From positions 156,599 to 220,598 of the IMG/VR virus record IMGVR_UViG_3300037502_002993: DNA of 64,000 nt; one strand, written 5' to 3'. The notes beneath the pieces are model-generated. The model had not been told where the DNA came from. It made no database searches and saw only the letters and a list, made by a program, of their open reading frames with translations. A program made the position numbers and the translations under genes. Below are positions 58,196-64,000 of the stretch, piece after piece (position 1 is the first letter of the stretch; each line of letters starts with the position of its first letter).

Positions 58196-59706
58196 AAAAA
58201 AGTCGACAGGACATCAATGGGTACCAGGTGGTCAAAGCGTTCCTTGAACTTCTTAGCGATAGGGGTATGGCATTTCTCACAGTTGAAGGACGGAATCGCA
58301 ATCATGGCAATCAGCGAGTCGTCCATGAAGGTGTGGACGGCTTTCAGGAAGCGTTCAATAAACTCATTACTTGAGAAGACGTTCTCAAGCAGCGCATCGA
58401 TAACCTCCTGGTCCTCTGACAGCAGTTGCTCTCCCCCCTCCTCATCGTGCTCATAGACACCCGTTACCCAATGAGAGTATTGCCGAGCTGAGGTACTGTA
58501 AGCCAGTGAGGTGATAAAGTCCCGACGATTGGCCCCGTTAGGGGGTTCGTTAAAGGCCCCTTGGGTAAGGGAGATGATGTTATCGATCCAGGCCTTACCC
58601 GCTTCCTCATACTGCTGCATATTAGGGAGACGGAGCTCAAGACCGATGTCATCAAACCACACCTTGCGGTTGGCACCATAGACATGCTCCTCACGGTACG
58701 TCTTAAAGGCCTCAGGGCCCTGTTTGACAAACCCAGTGGCCAGGTGCTTCTTCTGGACCTTAGTGAGGGCATTGTGATCCACCCGGTAAAGCCGGTTGAC
58801 GTTAATGGTCTCACGGGTAATGTGTTGACACGTTTCGATATCAGCCACACAGGGGTGAGCGTAGGGGAACCCTTGAGGGTAGATCGTGTAGGCAAGGCCC
58901 CATAGCAGGATCGGAAAATCAAGGACGTTGAGGTGCTCCTTAAGATCCGAAGGGGACTGGAAGTGTACGTTGGCGTCGATTACAAACCGCAGGGCGAAGT
59001 CTACCGCAAGTGAGGTAGCTGTCTGTGACAGATTGGAGTAGGCCTGTCCCTTGGTTGCACTGCCAATACTCACCTTCATCTGCAGGATCTGAAACTGCAA
59101 GGACGTCAGATCCGCAAGAGACGGACTCTTCAGGCGTACCCAAAGACCGGAATGGGGAAGGGGAACGTCATTGGTGGTTCCCACACCGGACTTCTTGGAG
59201 AGATAAGCAAGTACGTCATCGGCTGACCCACCTGGTGTCATGCGCTGCTTACGTGACCCAGGACGGATCTTACTGCCCTCATGATCGATAACCTGCACCC
59301 ACTCAGATCCGTCACGGGAGAGAGTGGCCTCTCCGTGCCCATTGACCTGAGCGGTTTCACTGGCCTCTCCCAGTGTTCTGACCCAGGGGTTTCCCTCTTC
59401 CGCCGTAGGGCGCGCGCGTCCTTTCTCTCTGAGTTCGCGAAGGAGCTTATCCTCACGTGCCGTCAGGGCTTTCATCAACGTCTCTTGACGCGTCATGATC
59501 TCAGTGACGGTGGAGTAGGACTCACGCAGGATGGCCACTACGTCATCGATTGAGGCTCCCTCAGCCAGCGGGGTGGTAGAAGGGAACTCTTCTGTGAAGT
59601 GATGTTTGGCTTGATTCGGGGTATACCCAACATCCTCATGTTCTTCCCACTCATCCTCTACCGGTGGGAGGGGCTTCTTGTCGTCCGGCTGGTTGGGTTC
59701 ACTCAC
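58168..59706 (-). CDS. Conserved protein (gp77 position), putative baseplate/tail assembly chaperone
   Basis: VPLPHSGLWVRLKSP, C-terminal CEKC...IDVLSTFF. Confidence 0.6.
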   Translation of the reverse strand: MSEPNQPDDKKPLPPVEDEWEEHEDVGYTPNQAKHHFTEEFPSTTPLAEGASIDDVVAILRESYSTVTEIMTRQETLMKALTAREDKLLRELREKGRARPTAEEGNPWVRTLGEASETAQVNGHGEATLSRDGSEWVQVIDHEGSKIRPGSRKQRMTPGGSADDVLAYLSKKSGVGTTNDVPLPHSGLWVRLKSPSLADLTSLQFQILQMKVSIGSATKGQAYSNLSQTATSLAVDFALRFVIDANVHFQSPSDLKEHLNVLDFPILLWGLAYTIYPQGFPYAHPCVADIETCQHITRETINVNRLYRVDHNALTKVQKKHLATGFVKQGPEAFKTYREEHVYGANRKVWFDDIGLELRLPNMQQYEEAGKAWIDNIISLTQGAFNEPPNGANRRDFITSLAYSTSARQYSHWVTGVYEHDEEGGEQLLSEDQEVIDALLENVFSSNEFIERFLKAVHTFMDDSLIAMIAIPSFNCEKCHTPIAKKFKERFDHLVPIDVLSTFFILVDRKLS

Positions 59707-60224
59707 GAGTCGCTCTCCTGCATCGGTTGGGTAAAAAGCACGCCGTCGGTTTCCTGCTCAATCGTAGTGAGCATCTGCACCCAGAGGGGGCGTACAGCCA
59801 TTTCAAAATAATCCATAATCTTGGAGTAACTCAAGGACAACTCCATCACCAATGGCAGTTCGTCTTGAGTGGGCTGGCCGGTCTTTCCAGCGTGCTGCTT
59901 GTGGGTGTCCATGATGATGGCATGAAACTCCCCCAGGTCTTTGAGAAAGGTGTGGAAGGTCTTTCTAAAGGCCTTGGGGTCTGTGAGTTCTGCATCGAGT
60001 TTTGGCAGGGAGTTCAACACACTGGTCGTAAAGCCTCGAGTTGAGAGGTGTAGGTCCACACACTGCTTGGCGAGGTCATTGATTACCTCCCATCCAAGTT
60101 CTGATTTCAGAACCGCCTCAGAAACCTGCTCCTGGGCATGGAGGACCTCTTCACGGAGTTTCTCTTCCTGCTCCGGAGTGGCTTCTCCATCGTGTTGCTC
60201 TGCTTGCTTCTCATCTGCCGACAT
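59703..60224 (-). CDS. Conserved hypothetical protein
   Basis: AAGGA SD; overlaps the next gene's start. Confidence 0.6.
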   Translation of the reverse strand: MSADEKQAEQHDGEATPEQEEKLREEVLHAQEQVSEAVLKSELGWEVINDLAKQCVDLHLSTRGFTTSVLNSLPKLDAELTDPKAFRKTFHTFLKDLGEFHAIIMDTHKQHAGKTGQPTQDELPLVMELSLSYSKIMDYFEMAVRPLWVQMLTTIEQETDGVLFTQPMQESDS

Positions 60225-60362
60225 CGTCAATATCCTTTACACAACAATAGTGGGTACGTTACACCTTTCCATAGTTTTACACGTATGAGTGTTTTGCCAA
60301 CCGCCGAGAAAACACCCAGACGTCAAATCCTGTGTTACTTACTGTCCTTCAAGGGGTTGGTT

Positions 60363-61223
60363 ATGCGACATGAACTTGAAATCACACTGCGTGATGTAGT
60401 GAACGAACTGCGACTGCGTCACCTCTTGGAGGCGTATGACCTACTGAATGAGATCGGACTTTCCAGTCATGATAGTGAACTGCAGAACATCTTTGGTCTC
60501 CAGGATGGGGTTTCTGATAACGCGCTCTATGTGGACCGCGTGGAGACGGTTCTTATCCTAGCACTCGGGATGGTGGCTCAGCAGTACAGCGTGACCTTGA
60601 GAGAAGATACCCCACTCGACCTAATGACCAAGCTCATCAAAGCCCTGGCCCTGTTTGAGCGTTATATCCAAACTGAGTTCTTTGAGGGTATCCTTACGTC
60701 TGATGAACTTGACGATATCGAGAAGGTCGCAGAGCTCATCCCCCTTGTTGCTGTTGAAATCGACTATCAAGATATCCTCGATTATGTCACTGAGGTAAAG
60801 CCTACAGTGATTGCGCGCATGCTTGAGATCACCCGAGAGAACGCCCTCATGGTCGAGGAGGAAGAAGTTGAGGTGCAGTCCAAGCGTTACCGTACCCAGT
60901 TGATCAACCGCCTCCAGGGGCTGTTTGAGGCCCCCCTATTGATCTACCGCCTGGCCAAGAGCGGGTATCAGCTCGGCACTCCCCTGCACCAGCTGGTGGA
61001 GCCGGTACTGGATGAGCTCGGTGACATCAGTCAAGAAGGACCGGACCGCTATGTGGGAGAGCTGCTAGGCCTTTATCTCTACAGCAACACGCCGGTGGAT
61101 GGGTTGGAGCTCACCCGTAAGCTTTATGAAGACCTGAACGAATTCGATGCCCTCTTCTCCCGTAAGGGGAAAGAAGAGGTAGACACCTTGATGGATGCCT
61201 TAGGGATTACCGTCGATGAATAA
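60363..61223 (+). CDS. Conserved hypothetical protein (gp79 position)
   Basis: Acidic helical ORF overlapping the start of the RNAP subunit gene. Confidence 0.6.
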   Translation: MRHELEITLRDVVNELRLRHLLEAYDLLNEIGLSSHDSELQNIFGLQDGVSDNALYVDRVETVLILALGMVAQQYSVTLREDTPLDLMTKLIKALALFERYIQTEFFEGILTSDELDDIEKVAELIPLVAVEIDYQDILDYVTEVKPTVIARMLEITRENALMVEEEEVEVQSKRYRTQLINRLQGLFEAPLLIYRLAKSGYQLGTPLHQLVEPVLDELGDISQEGPDRYVGELLGLYLYSNTPVDGLELTRKLYEDLNEFDALFSRKGKEEVDTLMDALGITVDE

Positions 61224-62526
61224 ACGAGACTTTTTCCTGCGTGCTTTGATGGAGGGGCAGCGGGACCTACAAAAAGCATGGGTGGACAATCTCTTCTTTA
61301 TCGTTTTCGATCAAGATGAACCCACTCGACCTTTTGATACCATTCGCAAGGAAGAAGGGTATTACGCACTCCTCCCAGAGAGTGGCCTTACTCTGATCGA
61401 GGGCAGTCGTGGGGACAAGCCCCTCTTTCGCTGGAGAGAGCGCTTTGATCTAGCGCCGGGAGAACTGCCCAACTATTCAGGAAGCGATACCCTGATCACC
61501 ACCTACGGGAACGTGCTGATCAACCACCTCTGTCTGGTGATTCCCTTCGGTAGTGAGATTCCCTTTCAGTCGGGGGTGATTAATATCAAGAAGATCGAGG
61601 CGATGATTGAGGAACGGCTTGCTGATGATCCCGACCACGATGACCCTCCCCCACCAGGTACCCTCTACGTACGGCAGCGGGTCCAGTTCTGTGATCACAT
61701 GCTGTCCTTGGTGGGGTATAATGCCGGTACGGTGCAAAGTGTCACACGCAAGTCGCTCTCAGGTCCCCCAGGGTGGAAAGAGAGACGAGCCCAACTTCTT
61801 GAGCAGTACAAGGATCAATTGACTGATCCTGCCATCATTGCAAAGATCGGCGATGAGTATGAGAAGATGGATCGTGAGTGGTTAGCGGGAGACCCCTCTC
61901 TTGAGTTCTACTCTGTCCATGGGAAGTACTTCTCAAAAGTCAGAAAGAAGCTCTTTGGAATGTTTGGAGGAGAAGCGCCATTCAGTGATGCCGTGGTGAT
62001 GACCCTGATAGAGCGTTCATTGGAGGAGGGGATTGATCCGGAAGACCTACCACTGATGATCAACTCCCTACGCGAGGGGACCTTTAACCGAGGAGCCCAG
62101 ACCCAGCTGGGCGGTGAATCCACCAAGACCATCTACCGCATGGTGGGAACTTCACGGATTGTGGAGGAGGACTGTGGGGTACGGTATGGAGTTCCTTTTA
62201 ACGTGACGGAACTCAACCACAAGGACTTCATCAAGTACTATGCCATTGTCGAGGGTAAGGACATCTTACTCACGGATACCTCCATTAAACCGTTTGTCGG
62301 TAAGACGGTAGAGATCCGCTCTCCCCTTACCTGTCAATCAGGAAAGTCCGATGGGGGACGCAATGTCTGTGAACGGTGTTCAGGTCTTGACCTCTCTGAG
62401 ATCAAAGATGGTATTCCCGCAACAGCCGCACAGATCGGTGGGCGTTTCTTGTCTGCCTTCTTGGCTGCCATGCATGGCAAGTCCCTCAGTACGCATGAGC
62501 TTGATCTCAAACTGAGAATCCGTTAA
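61216..62526 (+). CDS. Virion RNA polymerase beta' C-terminal subunit (phiKZ gp80-like)
   Basis: SLEEG, RGAQTQLGG, EEDCG, IRSPLTC...C..C.G, trigger-loop-like FLAAMHG. Confidence 0.88.
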   Translation: MNKRDFFLRALMEGQRDLQKAWVDNLFFIVFDQDEPTRPFDTIRKEEGYYALLPESGLTLIEGSRGDKPLFRWRERFDLAPGELPNYSGSDTLITTYGNVLINHLCLVIPFGSEIPFQSGVINIKKIEAMIEERLADDPDHDDPPPPGTLYVRQRVQFCDHMLSLVGYNAGTVQSVTRKSLSGPPGWKERRAQLLEQYKDQLTDPAIIAKIGDEYEKMDREWLAGDPSLEFYSVHGKYFSKVRKKLFGMFGGEAPFSDAVVMTLIERSLEEGIDPEDLPLMINSLREGTFNRGAQTQLGGESTKTIYRMVGTSRIVEEDCGVRYGVPFNVTELNHKDFIKYYAIVEGKDILLTDTSIKPFVGKTVEIRSPLTCQSGKSDGGRNVCERCSGLDLSEIKDGIPATAAQIGGRFLSAFLAAMHGKSLSTHELDLKLRIR

Positions 62527-62547
62527 ACTACACAGGAGTGTTTGAGC

Positions 62548-63756
62548 ATGTCGGATGATACCCAAAAGCCGGTCGATGAGCAGGATGTATCACACGAGAC
62601 AGTAGAAGAGGAGCAACCCACCCAGGAGGAGGCACCCACCCAGCAGAGTGATGCAGTAGGTGAAGGGGAGACTAATGAAGAAGAGGACGTCGGTGATGCA
62701 GTTGACGGGGATGCGGAAGAGGAAAACCCCATCACTGCCGCGAAGGCTGCCTTTACCTTTCTGAGGGGATGGAAGGATGCGCAGATCGAGGACTGGCTGA
62801 GGCGGTGTCAGAATGACCGCTCGCCTTTTATCTCCACCAACAGTGATGTTCTTGCCTATGACCCCACCAGGCCCAAGCGCAAGCCCAAGGATTGGGGCAC
62901 CGAAGAGATCAAGGCCCTGATCAAAGGTCAGCTCAAGCACATCAACCTCCAGGCCCATCAACTACATCCCTTTGTGGATGAGCTGCGCCGTCGCGTGCCC
63001 ATCGAGAAAGCGTGGTCCACCCAACAGGTACTGGATCACTACACCAAGAACCTCACGCCCCCGAAGACCAGCACAGGTGTTTGGGTCACGGATCGTACCC
63101 GACGTGAGCGCCCGGCCTCCTCCTGGAGCAATGCCGAGCTCGAAGCCTGGGCGATGGGGGAGATCAAACCCGAAGGCAAGGCCAGTAGCGTGCAATTGGC
63201 CCAAACCCTGCGCGAGCGCCTGTCGCTGCCCACTGAAGGCACTGAGGTCGAAGAGATCCTGGCCTCCTACCGCGTCAATCGCAGTCGTGACACCGCCATT
63301 GCCACTGCCAGAGCTGCCCAACCGAGTGGAGAACTCACCAAAATGAACGAGGCGTACATCAGCGATACCCTCCAGCGTTACGTAGAAGCCGTCAAACCCG
63401 GAAAGATGGTCAGTGAGACTTCCGGTGGAAAGGCCCAACGCATCCTGGATGCGGTCTTCGCCTATACCCTGCGCCTGGAGGGTCCTAAGCTCAAAGCGGG
63501 TTTGGATCTGATCAAGCGCACGGTTGCTGAGAACCGCCATGGTGCCTTCTCCCCCTCCTACGCCTTCCGTTTCGTCCATCAGCTGAAAGGGGATACCCGT
63601 CAGCGTCGTCGCCACACCAATTTCATTCGGCTGTTTCAGATCTGCACCGATGAAGACAAGAGTGTGAAGAAGCAAACTGACATCCCCTCCATGCTGGCTG
63701 ATCATCCGGAAACCCTTCGCCCGATGCTGATCGACTACTTCCAGAACCACTGCTGA
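62548..63756 (+). CDS. Hypothetical protein with acidic N-terminus and internal repeat
   Basis: AGGAG SD; repeat DPTRPKRKPKDWGTEEIKA / DRTRRERPASSWSNAELEA. Confidence 0.65.
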   Translation: MSDDTQKPVDEQDVSHETVEEEQPTQEEAPTQQSDAVGEGETNEEEDVGDAVDGDAEEENPITAAKAAFTFLRGWKDAQIEDWLRRCQNDRSPFISTNSDVLAYDPTRPKRKPKDWGTEEIKALIKGQLKHINLQAHQLHPFVDELRRRVPIEKAWSTQQVLDHYTKNLTPPKTSTGVWVTDRTRRERPASSWSNAELEAWAMGEIKPEGKASSVQLAQTLRERLSLPTEGTEVEEILASYRVNRSRDTAIATARAAQPSGELTKMNEAYISDTLQRYVEAVKPGKMVSETSGGKAQRILDAVFAYTLRLEGPKLKAGLDLIKRTVAENRHGAFSPSYAFRFVHQLKGDTRQRRRHTNFIRLFQICTDEDKSVKKQTDIPSMLADHPETLRPMLIDYFQNHC

Positions 63757-64000
63757 TCGTATGGCGAAGATTCACGGCTCTCTCTTTTCTCATGCCTTGT
63801 CAGTAACCCCTCTTTTAAAAGGAGTCCCTCTTAGGGAATGCTGACCAGACTCTGCCCTACCTTAGGGTGGGGTTCCGTTCATTAGGTGATCTTACCCAGG
63901 GGTGGCCGAACCAGCCCCTGGCTCTAAGGTGCGTCGTTAAAAGTCCTGTGAGGTAGGGGCGGTGCGGCGTGCATGACAAGCCTTTTGAACATTGTCGAGG

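Noticed and set aside
4690-63765. TATG tetramers upstream of several late genes (about 4697, 29913, 42082, 54778, 60284, 63760)
   Set aside because: Consistent with the phiKZ late promoter core, but a 4-mer is too common to call without start-site data.
1-64000. CRISPR array, tRNA/rRNA genes, reverse transcriptase, DGR template repeat, tnpA, chimallin
   Set aside because: None recognised by eye in this window; they may lie elsewhere in the genome.

Overview
This is a 64-kb segment of a phiKZ-like jumbo myophage. It encodes three virion RNA polymerase subunits, one non-virion RNAP subunit, the prohead protease, major capsid protein, a DnaB-like helicase, the exonuclease/motif-A part of a split family-B DNA polymerase, an inner-head/neck/baseplate gene block, and the 5' part of a large tape-measure-like gene running off the left edge. 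phiKZ gene numbers below come from my recollection of gene order and motifs, not from a database search. Several structures are missed by the ORF track. (i) Three group I introns with assignable splice sites: two in the virion RNAP beta gene and one in the DNA polymerase gene. Introns 1 and 3 sit at the same 10-nt site, TGCGGAT^CTT, in unrelated genes, and intron 1 carries a homing endonuclease inside its P1 loop. (ii) An Ig-like domain starting in frame immediately after the capsid TAA, suggesting readthrough. (iii) A T-TTT-TTT -1 frameshift joining two putative tail-assembly ORFs. (iv) An Mtd-like protein whose 3' end resembles a DGR variable region, followed by a structured non-coding block. 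(v) An intact tnpB element with an omegaRNA. (vi) A family of hairpins ending in TATG(C/T)CG rather than a long U-tract. No tRNA, rRNA or CRISPR array was recognised.
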